DNA of 64,000 nt, from NCBI RefSeq assembly GCF_009834535.1, contig NC_045696.1:13704001-13768000 (forward strand), written 5' to 3'. The notes beneath the pieces were generated by a model that did not search any database, was not told the origin of the DNA, and saw nothing but the letters and a program-made list of their open reading frames with translations. This stretch comes from Camelus ferus (taxonomy: Eukaryota). Of the stretch, positions 1 to 12,700 are shown in pieces. Numbering within the stretch: position 1 is the first letter of the stretch; each line of letters starts with the position of its first letter. Made by a program: the position numbers and the translations under genes.

Positions 1-484
1 ATGCAGACATATTTTAAAGGCATTTCACATGTGGTCTACATATTTTACAAAGACATATGTTCTAGAAAAAGATGAATTGCTATTTTGGATGAACATTGTC
101 TTAATGTAAAATATTCGATAGACAAAAGTCATGTGAAGAGTTGAAACAAGGGAAAAGGGACTTTGAAATGATGTTTTAAATTTACTTTCAAAATAGGCAT
201 CATAATATTTTAACTTATAAAGTCCCTGATATGGGTCCTATTACACAGATCTTAGGACTATGATTCTAGGTGACTTCTAATCATTGCTTATAGGAAAGAA
301 CACCTAACTATGGGTTAGGATTTTTGAGTTTTAATATTGTCAGTTAATAAGAAATTGTGAGAATTGTCATTGCATTGTTCTGAGATTTCATTTCTGCCTT
401 TAAAATGAGTAATTGTACTAAATGTCATGCCAGGTGCCTTGTAGGTTTAACAATTTTCTGTCTCACATAGTTTACATTAGAGCC

Positions 485-595
485 TCACACTTGAAGTGCT
501 GTCATGGGCCAACAACAGTCATTTCAGCCCGGGGGCTTCTTGGAAATACAGAATCTCATCTCAGATCCTAGCCTGGACCAAATATTCACTTTAAA
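485..595. mobile_element. MER5-like hAT-Charlie fragment
   Basis: 'gggggcttcttggaaatacagaatctc' resembles MER5A 'gggaacttgttagaaatgcaaattctc'. Confidence 0.5.
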
Positions 596-598
596 CTT

Positions 599-633
599 AA
601 AAAAAACAAAACAAAACAAAACAAAAAAAAAAA
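599..633 (+). repeat. (AAAAC)n/A-rich simple repeat
   Basis: Seen directly in the sequence. Confidence 0.9.
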
Positions 634-3600
634 CACTGTTCTAAATTGTATATGTTAAATTGTTCCCTAAACATGAGGCATATTTTCCTTTAAAGCTTAG
701 AGACGTAGTCGTGACCACAGCCACCTGTTACTTTTCCCCCTCAGAAGGCTCGATGTCAGAGCAAGTCCGTTATTCTTTGTGCTCATCATCATCGGCTTGA
801 ATTTTCCTTGTCTGCATTGGGAAGCGTGGCATTTCACCCTTCTGAGCTCCCATCTTCACTGGTCTGTTTCATATCTAGGAATTTGGGGGGGTATTTCTCT
901 TGAAAAGGGCAAAAGCAATTCATGCTTTTGAGAAGATAATGTTTTATCTTTTTGTCTCAGCTAAAGCTGTCATCTCTATTTTCTCTGCACATCCTGAGTG
1001 AATAATAGACTAAATTGTATCTGCAGGTCTTTCTGAAATGAATTAAAATTTTTGGTTTAATTAGTTTTCCTTGTTATACTGCTTGACATTAGCTATAATT
1101 AATGTGTTAAACTGAATGTTGCATGCAGAGTTTCTTGATAAACACAACCTTGGAATTCATCCTTTTTTCTTTTCCTCTAGGACAGAAGGCTTTGTTAGTT
1201 ACTTAATGTTGGTGCTTTTCATCATGTGATGTTAATTCTCTCCCTGTATGACATTTTTCTGTTCTGTCAATTTCTTACATGAGGTACAATATGACATTTA
1301 AATAGTAAAACATTCACTCAAATATTTATTAATTTTACTGTTAAAATGGATTTCCTTCAATGAGTTACTTATTTCATTGCTTGATGGAAACCACAAATGG
1401 ATTGATGAGATGTTTTGACATTGTATTGACAGAGGCTTTGGAGTTAATTTCTCCTTTACTGTTCTCACAAACTAAACTGAGAAAAGTGTGCTTCAATTTC
1501 TGTGTTAAAAAATCTTCATGCTTACCAAGTTGTTGACATCTTTATTATTCTTCAATTTACACTACGCTCTTCCTATATATTTAAGTGAGTTCATTTTAAC
1601 ACTACTACTAAAATCTTCCTTTTCAACAAGTCCCTCTTCCATCAGTTCAAGTGCAGATGAATTACTTACAAGGCCTAAGGTGCTGAGACAGAAAGCTATA
1701 GCCATCTGAGTTTAGAAATCAGGAGAATTAGATTTAGAAAGTTACTGAACAGCATGCCTTCTCATGAGAACCCAAGGGCTAAGAAGAACAACGGATCACT
1801 GTGCTCGAGTAATCCATGTATGTAGCATATCTCTGGCTTTGGAATGCCTCTCTCTCTCTCTTTTTTTTTCTCTCTGATACCTAGAAAGTTGTAGTTTCTC
1901 CATTCCACCACGTACAGCAGGCCAAAGACTCATTTTTATTACCTAGCCCACTGTTGCACAAATGAAATTGACATCACTCACTCTCTATGTGTTACTTCCA
2001 CTTGGACTTCAGCGATAGGATCCCACTGATGGGATATGAGAAGGATCCAAGGACAGCCTCTAAATGAGTGATTATCGAGTTCTGCGATCACAGGAAGTAA
2101 CTACACTGAATGGATCGTGTCCCTGTTTGGTGAACCAGCTGACTAATAAATATGGTTGTGAGTCTATTCCAATTTCTGAGCAAAGGTGAAAAATTTAGTC
2201 TCCAAACTTACTTAATAGGGATTCAGAGATAGAAATCTCATAATTTGGGTTAGTAGCATCATCTTTCTCCTTTGTTAAAAGTTAAAAAAGCATAACAGAT
2301 TAACAGTAGAGATCAGTTATTTCAAATCCTGAAAATGACCTACTGGTAGGAAAAGCTAAGTAGCATTTGGGAATTGATGAGATAACTCTATTAGCAGTTG
2401 TCTTCAGATAGACCCATTTGTAGGTATCCTATTTTTATTTTAATTTAGATTTGTATTGGCAGCTGGCTACAGATTATTCCATCAAAGTGTTGTCACATAG
2501 TCCAATGTGGCTCTGCTCAGATATAAAACAATCATTATTAATATCAAATAGTGTCCTATATAACTTACAGAAACATTCATCTTATGCTTTCAATGCTGTA
2601 TTTGTGGTATATAAACATGTCCTAGGATAGTATGGGGGGGATACTGTTTTTCTGACATTAAATTATATGCAAATTTTAAAAATATCCTGATGAAGTACTA
2701 AGCTATCTTTAAAAGTAAAGAAAGGGTTTAAAGGAGGACAGAAAAGTATAGAAAACACTTTATTTTCTACATTTTTACCATATGGGCACTTTAATGAGAT
2801 AGCTCATGATTAAACTTTAACTTTAAAATATAAAATTTTGTTCTTATTTTTCTTGGAAGTTAGATTAAAAGATTTACAACTGAACAGAAAATATATCACA
2901 CAACATAACATGTAAATACTCTCTAGAGTATTTTCTGCTATCAAAATGGGTAAAATTAATGTTGACGTTAATGACTCACCTCAACTCCACCTCCTCAAGT
3001 GCCACACGACTCCTCCATTTCTATAACTTCCACTCAGTTCCATTTTATTGCTCTTTGTGCAGTCTGTCCTTGGGTATCACCACAGCTTGAACTGTTTTCA
3101 TTGCATATCTTGTACCACAAAATCCTTCACAACGATGATATTTTGTCCTCAACTCATTCCCTTTCTTCTGTTGAACCAGATCTCCATTTTCACTATAGTT
3201 TTTAATTCCCTTATAAATATATTTTCTTCTCACCTTGTAAGTCCTACCTGGCTTTACTTCTTCATATCCTGGATTTCAGTCAATTATTTCAACAATAATT
3301 TTACTAAGGTCTTAAAATTCCTTGCCTCCTTAGCCTTCTGCACTACCTTACAAATACATGCACAATCTTGAGTACATTCTTCCTGTACCTACTTTGCCTG
3401 TCAAGCATTTCTATGAGAAAAAAAATAATAAGTCATAATAAGTAACTAACAATATTAATTATCTTAATTTTTAAAAATACAACAGGGTTTTCTCTTTTTC
3501 TCAGTAATCTGGTTGAATTTCTGTGATAATGAACTGAGTTATTGTTTTAAAAAAATAATAGACTTTGTTTTGCTTCAGAAACAAATAATCGCAAAACATC

Positions 3601-4399
3601 ATTGGCTCAAAATAACTAATGCAATAGAGTTCATGCTAGCTCACGTGGGTGTGGGGTGTGTGGCTTTGTTGACCAGAGTTACAGAGTCTCTGGCTTTTAA
3701 TGGTGCTTTTGTCATAAGATTTCAGGGTTCTTTACATCAGGAAAGGTGAGACAGAGGCATGAGTCGGAAGGAGATTTGAAAAATTTAGCAATCCTTAGAA
3801 ATATCTTCCACAATGTTGTGCCTCTTCTCACTCTCCCCAAACCCTAGAGCTCATTTTTACTTCTCTCGCTCTCAGCAGACAGACTGTTGTTCCCATTTTA
3901 TTTGGCAAACGGATGCTAAACAACCCACATCATCCAATTTCTTTCCACTCCACATTCCTCTGCATATTTACCCATCTTTTCTTCTCTTTTGGCATCCCCA
4001 GCATCACTTCAATTACGAAGAAGTTTAGAACCAGGGGCATTCATGGCTGATGGAAAGCAGAGAGTGACCTCTAGAACAATAGGACCAATCCATGAATCAG
4101 AAATGATGAGACCTAATGCAGTGGAATATTATGCTGTCACTAATAAAACTGTTTAAATATAAAGATATAAAATCTGTAGTTCATAGTAGGAGCAAATGTC
4201 AGGGACATTTCATTAAAGTTATTGGAGGCAAGGACATGAGAGGAGTGGGGAACTATAATGTTGCCTTCACAACCGCAATGGCCCCAAAATTGTGTTAAAA
4301 TTTGTTACAGATTCTTGGATTGGTTCTACCAATACTTACTCCAATCTTTTACAGAGTGTAGAAGAAAGAATACCAAATTAATAGTTCCTTCCTCCACCT

Positions 4400-6905
4400 G
4401 GAGATGGAGTTTGTGATTTGATTTTGATTATATCTTTCACATGCACTTCCACAAAATCTAAATTAGGGATAGAATCACTGAGACAGATATGGCGTGATAT
4501 GTCCACTGTGTTCACTTAAGTCATGGCAGCGATGGCATATTTAGCAGCTCTTTGATTCATCAGCTGACTCTAGAAGGAGCAATAGCCCTACGAGACACGG
4601 CACACATAGCCTGGCTTACTGTCAGAAGTAGGAGCTCCCTGATTGTCAGCTTCTTGCAGGGGAGAGGGCAGAAACTGAATGCTTGGTGGTTGGGATGTTC
4701 TTTCTAGGAACTCATCTTCCAATGCCTTCTTTAGCCCTTCCAACAACTCTGTAAATTCCTCAATCTTGATATCAAATATGTGTCTGTTTAAACCATCAAG
4801 AATAGATTTTATTGTTAAGAATTCAATACTGACTGATGTAGAAATTGGTTAAATGCAATAGACCTTCAAGAAAATGGGGTTTGAGGATATCTATGTCAGC
4901 TATTCGGACCTTCAGGTAATGAGAAGCCACTTACCATTAGAAGGTGGAACTGGTGTGAGATGCCAAATAAAGGAAGGCGCTGGTGGACAAAATCGCTATT
5001 AGAACAGACCATTACTGAGGTCAAAGGGAAAAGAAGGACTGTAGACTAAGACAGAGAATTTAAAATGGAAATTGACAAGGTCAATTGTTTAAAGTCTTAA
5101 CGCAAGGTAGTATCAGAGAACCTAACATTTTCTAAGACTGACTTAATATCTTAATCTCTTTGGTCTCAAGGCTGGAGTGGCAAACAGTTAACCTCAGAAT
5201 CTGATCTTGTTTATGACTCAATTATAATGCAAACTGAAGTTTTTATGTTAGGTGATTTATTAGGGAAAAGGTAGACCTTGAGAACTAGAACAGTGATTTG
5301 GGAATATTTAGATGACTGATTAATTCCTAGGTGACCTCCAACCCTATCAGGTCTACCAGCAGAAGCAGACCTTCTTTCTGGTCCTTTGTAAAGAGGCTGG
5401 TCCCTCATTCCTTGAAGGCCTAGTCCCAAATCCATCTGGAATAGTGTCTTGCAAGGGGATGCAAAATATTTCTTATTTCTTATTTCCATGCTTTATCCCT
5501 ATCTGATATCATTGCTCTCATATCTTAAACAAGGTCAGCATGCCCTGGGAGAAATAAAAATTTAACTCTAGAGAGAAAAATTCTTAGCACCAAGATCTTG
5601 CAAGTTTTTTTATTTGTTTGCTTGTTTTTTAGTTTATTTCAGAAAAAAAATTGATGGATATAGGTAAGACTGGATTACTAGAAATAAATATAATGTTTGT
5701 ATTGGCTGAATTTATTAAAATGGTCACATTTACCCAAAGCTGTGGATGCAAGGTACTGGCTTTGTCACTTGAGAGGGGTTCTTATTGCTTATTGATTTTC
5801 TTGCCTGAAACCTGGATTCCATGCTGTCTTTGGGTAATATTACAGTGAATTTCTCACAAATAAATCTCCTAGCTATATCCTTTTAGGAAGTTAAGAGGGT
5901 ATTCCCTTCACCACTAAATTAGAAGTTACAAAGATGAAGAGAATCTTGGACATCCTTGAAAAAGTATGTAGTGATTGTGCTTTTTTAGGACAGAGGTTAA
6001 GGAGGGAAACTGGCTAATGAAGTCCTAGGGTGTCATGGGCCAAGTAGTGTCATTTAATCCTATTTCTACTGCAAAAGACAACAAAGCTAGAGTAAGAACC
6101 AGAATGGTTTGACCTGAAAGGATATTTGGAGGTAGTTAATTGATCATAGGATCTCTGGTACTGAAGTAGAAGCCAGTCCACTAAGAGTGTAATTGTATGA
6201 TGGGGGAAAAAAATCTAGTATTGAATATAGTGGACTGATTCAATATGACTGAATTATGGCCTCTTATTTAATCTCGCTTGAGTTAATTCCGAAACCTAGA
6301 TCCCCTTGAATTATGAAAGACTAAGTGCCATGTGGCAGGGCTCTGTGATAATGCAGTAAGTGTGTATTGAAAATCTTCCCCTCTTCCCAAAAGAAATCTG
6401 TGGCCATTTACCAAGGTAAAATGTTCACTGAGGAAAGAAAATTATACAAGCCATTTGAAAATTATTAAACAGCGTCTATGAGCTAGAACAAAACTATGGG
6501 GACTCAGAATGCCAGGCAGAGTGAGAACTTACACAATTCAGGTGATAAATGTAATTTTTTTTCCTAAATCCATTTCACAGTGGGCCCAAGGGAAAGCAAG
6601 AGAATCTAAAACTCATGTTCTCCTAATTTTGTAAGGTTTTGAGATTATACTAGGAATAGACATATATGAAACTGACATGACTCCTACATTAATTCTTTGA
6701 CATAGGAAGTAAGAATAGTATGATAGAAGAGATCAATTAATAACTTTGAATTTTCTCTCTGTCAAAATAGTTAAGTAAAAGCAGTGCATTGCTGAAGGCA
6801 GAGCAAAGATTACCACCATATTAAAAGACACAAAAGGTAGATAGAGTTGGTGATATTGATCAGACCTTCATTATCTCACCTATTTGTTTTTTTGTAAAAG
6901 TCAGA
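4400..6905 (+). mobile_element. Ancient ERVL-class provirus relic, left part: LTR-like end, gag, protease, start of RT
   Basis: An LTR-like end 'actgactgatgtagaaattgg' at ~4830-4850. A gag-like 'ggctgaatttattaaaatgg...ggttcttattgc...gcctgaaacctggatt' at 5704-5820. A protease-region-like 'tggccatttaccaaggtaaaatgttcactgaggaaag' at ~6400. An RT-start-like 'caaaatagttaagtaaaagcagtgcattgctgaaggcagagcaaagattaccaccata' at ~6765-6820. All are colinear with recalled HERVL/MERVL internal sequence, with many stops. Confidence 0.75.
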
Positions 6906-8975
6906 TTGCTATTTATTGATCATATTCCTTATGCTGTATATTATATCCCTGTGGTTTATTGATTTTATAACTAGAGGGATGTACCTAATCCCTTTGACTA
7001 ATTTTATCCACTCCCCATCCCCCACCCCTCTGGTAGCCATTTGTTTGTTCTAGCTATGGGTCTGTTTTCATTTTGTTTTATTTATTTTCTTTTTTAGATT
7101 CCACAGGTAAGCAGAATCTCACATAGTATTTGTCTTTCTCTTTCTGACATTTCACTTAGTGTAATATTCTCTAGGTCCATCCATATTGCAGCAAATGGCA
7201 ATATTTTGTTCTTTGTGACTGAGTAATATTCCATTGTATGTATATATACCACATATTTATCCATTCATCTATCAATGGACACTTACGCTGTTTCCATATC
7301 TTGGCTATTGTAAATAATGTTGCAATGAAGATGGAGGTGCACGTATATTTTTCTAATTAGTATTTTTGTTTTCTTTATATAAATATTCAGAAGTGAAATT
7401 GCTGGATTGTATGATAGTTCTATTTTTAATTTTCTGAGGAATTTCCATACTGTTTTCCATACAGTTGTACCAGTTTACAATCAAACCAACAGCGCACAAG
7501 AGTTCTCTTCTTTCCACATCTATATCAATATTTATTTGCTGTCTTTTGATGATAGCCATGTGAAGTTGTATCTCATGGTTTCATTTTGCATCTCCCTAGT
7601 GATTAGTGATGTTGAACATTTTTTCATGTGTCTGTTGGCCATCTCTACACCTTCCTTAGAAAAATGTCTATTCAGGTTTTCTGCCTATTGTTTATTGGGT
7701 TGTTTGTTTTCATGTTGAGTTGTAAGAGTTATTTGTATACTTTAAATATTAACCCCTTAATGGATATATTATTTGAAATATCTTCTCCCATTCAGTAGGC
7801 TGCCTTTTTTGTTGTTAATAGTTTCCTTCGCTGTGCAAGATGTTTTGTTTGATGTAGTCCCATTTGTTTATTTTTGCTTTTGTTTCCCTTGTCTGAGGAG
7901 ATAGATCCAAAAAAATATTGTTAAGACTGGTGTCAAAGAACATCCTGCTTTTTTTCTTCTGTGAGTTTTATAGTTTTAGTTCTACCATTTAAGTCTTTAA
8001 TCCATTTTAAGTTTATTTTTGTATATAGTGTGAGAAAGAAATCCAGTTTGATTCTTTTGCATACAGCCATCCACTTTTCCCAACATCATTTATCTAAGAA
8101 TCTCTTTTCCCCATTGTATACTCTTGACTCCTTTGTCATAAATTAATTAACTATGTAAGTGTGAGTTCATTTCTGAGCTCTCTGCCATGTTGGTAGGTGG
8201 ATCTGGCCCTCAGTCTGGTTGGTTGCAAGACCCTGCCTTGTGCAGTAGCTATGGGCCTGCTGGAGGGTAGGGAAAGCTTCTTGATGGCTGGCTGCATGGC
8301 CCAGGGGTCTCAGGGCTGCTGCTGACCTGCTTGTGAGTGGGTAAGCACCTGGTGCTAATAGGCTAGAAGGAGGATTTCAGAATGGCACTTCAGTGCCAGT
8401 ACCATCACAGGAGAATGAGCTCCCCAGAATGGCTGCTGTCAGCATCTTCATCCCCAGGGAAAGTCCCCGTTGCCTCCTGCCTCCCCAGTGGCTCTCCAAG
8501 ATCAGCCATTGGGTCTGATTCAGGCTCTTTTTAATTTACTGCAACAGTCCTAGGACTCCCTGCTTGTGAGATTTTGTCTGCACCCTTAAAGAGGGGGGTC
8601 TCTGTTTCCTATAACCTCCTGGCTCTCCTAAATGGAAACCCCACTGGTTTTCATAGCCAGACTTTTTGGCGCTTGTCTTCTCAGGGCAGGAACCCCATGC
8701 TACGGAGTCCAGTGTGGGGTTTGGACCCCTCAATCCTTGGGAAGGACCTCTGCAATAGTGATTTACCATTTGTTTGCAGGTGGCTAACTAGGGGTGTGCG
8801 TCTTGAATACACCTCATCTCCACCCCTCCTACTTTACTTGTGGAAAATCTTTTCTGCTAGTCTTCAGGTCGTTCTTATAGATGGTTGCTCTGTAAGTTCT
8901 TGTAATTTTGGTGTGTCCATGGAAGCAGGTGAGTTCAGGGTCTCTCTATGCTGCCATCTTGGCCACCTGTCTCCG
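6906..8975 (-). mobile_element. L1MA-type LINE-1: 3' UTR and ORF2 end (6906-~8183) fused to 5' UTR (~8184-8975)
   Basis: Classic antisense L1 3' text ('ccattcatctatcaatggacacttacgctgtttccatatcttggctattgtaaataatg'); ORF 7353..7559 translates to ORF2 C-terminal-like sequence. The right end reads GGAGACAGGTGGCCAAGATGGC on the minus strand, an L1 5'-terminal YY1-type motif. Confidence 0.85.
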
Positions 8976-9785
8976 GTAAATCTTAAGAGATGAAAATACA
9001 TTTTTATAAGCTTAAACAGGGATGATTCCTTTGGAGCTGCTGTTTTTAAACTGGTCCTTTTTTCTGGAGCAATTTGACATAAACTCTAGCTTCTGGTTAG
9101 TTTAGTTTCTGTATTCCAGTATGTCGGGGAATAACTGAAGTTAGTTGCTTTCATTTGGAAGGGAGAGTAAAACATCATCAGGACCTACTTCTGAAGTGCA
9201 TCAAACGCCTGGCTCTACCCAAATGACTCCTTTGGAAATTTATATTTTTTTCACAGGTACCACACCAGTCCACTACACTGATAACATCAGCCAATTTGAT
9301 CTGATGAGTGGGTAAATCTTGCTGTATCACATGGCCTTTCAGATGCTATGTAGGGTTTATAGACAGCTTTGAGAGGAGACTAAGAGTGAAAAATCTTAGA
9401 ATTAGATGCAAAGCCATTCCCTTGTAAAGAGGCAATTTTTCTCTTTTTGAGATAGCTCTTGGATTGCTAATGGGCCACAGCAGGGACCACACACGTGGGT
9501 TCAGTGGGACCTGAGATGCCCAGTATCAACTGGTTTGATCCACCAATTTGTGAAATCAGATGTTCTAGCAGAATCCCACCATCAAGCGAAAATGCCGACA
9601 CTGAAGGAGGTTCCAGCGATTCTGAGAACACAAGCCATTTACGCCACTAGAAAACTTCTCTGTCTGGTGTGTCTGCTTCTGCAGCACCAGCATTATTCCC
9701 TCAGCCTGTATTATGACCTCATAGAGAATTTCCTATGGCCAATTGATCAAAGAAGAAAAAAATAAACTTTTGATTACAAATATTT
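8976..9785 (+). mobile_element. ERVL relic, right part: RT core and tether/RNase H region
   Basis: 'tataagcttaaacag...gagctgctg' resembles DYRKLNQ...AAAV. 'gtc cac tac act gat aac atc' (VHYTDNI) at ~9268 is a decayed HYIDDI, i.e. the YxDD motif. 'ctttttgagatagctcttggattgctaatgggc' resembles PFERQLLACYWA. Confidence 0.75.
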
Positions 9786-12700
9786 TATTTATTCATTAAT
9801 TAAACAAATAAATACGTATCAGTGAAAGTCTATTTTTTCTTAGATCACATTCTAAATTCTGAGATACAACAGAAAAATCATACAGTTACCACATCTCGTA
9901 ACTTGCAGTGGACTTAGGAAATATAAATATTTCTCACTATCCAAACTCACTCTGTCCTCAGTTTCCAAAGTCTCCTTTTCTGAATTCAAAAACTGTCCTC
10001 AAAAGAAGGTGATAACAGTTACTGAAATGAATAGTGTAGTGGAAATGTGCACTCAGGTTATTCATTTATCTAAAGTTAATAGTAAATTAGTAACTGAAAG
10101 AAGGTGTGGAACACAAAGGTCGTGCCTAATGTGAGATAATTCTCAAAAAAAAAAAAAAGGAAAAAATTATCCTCATTTGATTGTATTTTTTTTTAAATCT
10201 TCAGGTGATTTCCTCACCAACTGATGTCTTGTTACTCACTAGACAAATCACAGTAACCTGTGTTATCCCTACCCACATTAATAAACAAAATATATTTTGA
10301 TTTATTAACCTTATTTGAACAATAAGAGATATTTGTGTATAATCCGTTAGCTTTCAATAAATGCTTTGGTGATAAACAAAGCAGAGTATGAGAGAAGAGA
10401 AGCAATTTCAAGAGTAGGGATGAGAGACTGACATTTTATATAAGGCATAATAGAAGGTGACATTTGAGAATATGACATTTGAATAAAGAAACTGAGGGAG
10501 TGATTTACAAGGCTATCTGGGTGGGGTGGGAGTAGGGAGGTGGCATTCCTGGTTGAGTGAACATCAAGTATAAAGTTCCTGAGTCAAACTGAATCCCTGT
10601 GTTCTAACAACAGTGTTGATACAGCTCTACTGATGTAATGGAAGAAGATTGCCAGCAGGTGATGTCAGAGAGGTTTGAGGGGGTTAGGATTGCAAAAGAC
10701 CTGAGAACCCACTATAAAAATGGAAAAGGAAGCCAATGAAGGGTTTAGGACAGAGAAGAAATATATACTTATTTTACTTAACTAACCCTGTATGCCAGAC
10801 ATTATCGTAAACTTTTTACAAATATCAAATAACTTATTCTTCATTGCAACTTTAATGTTTATCACATTTTATTTCTGTTTTATAGATAAATAAACAGAAG
10901 CCCAGAAAGACTGTGACCCAGGCCAGTTTACATGGCTGGAAGGTGGCAGAGTGTAGAATGTCTTTTTCTAGAGTTCAGCTGTTGACCATGAGTTTAGGAT
11001 GCCTCTTTGACCTGACCTTGATTTTAGAGGTAATTCTGGCTGCTGAGTTGAGAACTGTTCATAGAGAAACAATGATAAAAGCAAGGAGACCAGTTCAGAG
11101 GCTGCTGTTAAAATCTAGGCAAGAGAAAACAATGGTATGGATAAAGTGTTAGTGGTGATGGAGAAACATGTTGGCCAGATTCAGGATACATTTAAAAATG
11201 AAACTATCAGAAATTATTCAAGTATTAGATGGATCCAAGAATAATTCTAAAGTTTGTGAACTAAGTTGTCAAAAGAGTAGAATTACCATGCGCTGGATGG
11301 TGGTGGAAATGTAAAGCGTAAGGTGCTTATTGTATCTTTAATAGGAAACAGTTATATATATGATTATGGAGATCAGGGGAGAGTTCTGGCTGGAAATACA
11401 CATGTCAATCTTTAGAGCTCAGATGACATAGAAATCCATGAGAATGGAGGAGAACATTTTGGGAGTTATTATTGAAAGAAATAAGAAGTCCAAGAACCCC
11501 AATATTTAGAAAATTGGCAGATGAGGAGAACCTTTTGCTTCCCCTCAAAAAGAGGGCAGGGAGTTGAATAAGAAGGTATACCTAGAAGGTAGGAGGCAAA
11601 AAGCCAAGACAGAGTGGATGGGAAGTTAAATGAAGGGATATTTAAAATAAATGTGAGTGACTGACACCAACTGGTAGATCAAATGAGATGGAGACTGAGA
11701 ACTAATCCCTGGATTAAGCAATATTAGAGATCTTCATAAAAGCTGTTGTTGCTTTTTTTAAGTAGTAGGAGTGAAAGCCTGCTTGGAGTGAATATAAAAA
11801 GGAATGACATGGGTGGAACTTCACACAGCAGATATTTTCAGGTATTTGCAAAAAAAAAAAAAAAAAACGGTTGGGAAGCTAGAATGTGGTATCAGATCAG
11901 AGGAGAATATTTTCTCACATATTTGTACATTTATGGCAATGATTCAGGTCAAGAAGGTAAAACTAATAATGTAAGAGAGGCAGAAGAACACTTCTTGAGC
12001 TACTCCCTTAAGTAGGCAAGATGAGATGTAGGCTCCAAATACAGGGGCTCTTAGATGGAAAAATAGTTTATTACATGTACAAAGGGAAACAGTATATGGA
12101 CACACGTAGGTAGATGTGAACTGTGATCTAGAAAGTTTGTGAATTATTTCCCCATATCTTCATTTTTTTTTTCTCAGTGGAGCAAGACTGTCAGCTGGAG
12201 TGAAGATGGAAGAGGAGATGGTGGTGGCTAACTTCATAATTTAGTTCCTAGGTTATGTGAAACCAAGATGAGGATTGTGACCTAACTAAGGAGAAATAAA
12301 TGTCACCAAGGTATGAAGGTAGTAAGTCTCTGGATCTCCTGTTGTGATGATAGGACAAGTGCCCAGTTGTGTTACATTAAGTGAGAACACGTTACAGTTT
12401 GACTGGAGCAAAGAGTTCACATGAGGAAGTCTTAGAGAAGTCAAGTTCAAAAAGTAAGCAAAGGTCAAATAACTAAGCACTTACTGTCATTTGACAAGAA
12501 GTTTGCACTTTATCCTGTAATCCAGGAGGAAATTTGGAAGATTTTAAACTGGGAGGTGACATGGTTAGATTTTCATTTTTAAAAGAAAAGATGAATCTAT
12601 TGCAGATAAAAGATTTAAAAAAGAGAAGGCTGGAAATAAAATCAATTGAAGTGATAATGCCATAGTTCATGAGACTGATTTGAAAGATCCACCTAAGAGA

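Noticed and set aside
8574..8993. 139-aa ORF antisense to the L1 5' UTR (ORF0-like?)
   Set aside because: It has a non-ATG start, lies in an old element and runs off into the ERVL flank. ORF0 is described for primate L1 and I see no similarity.
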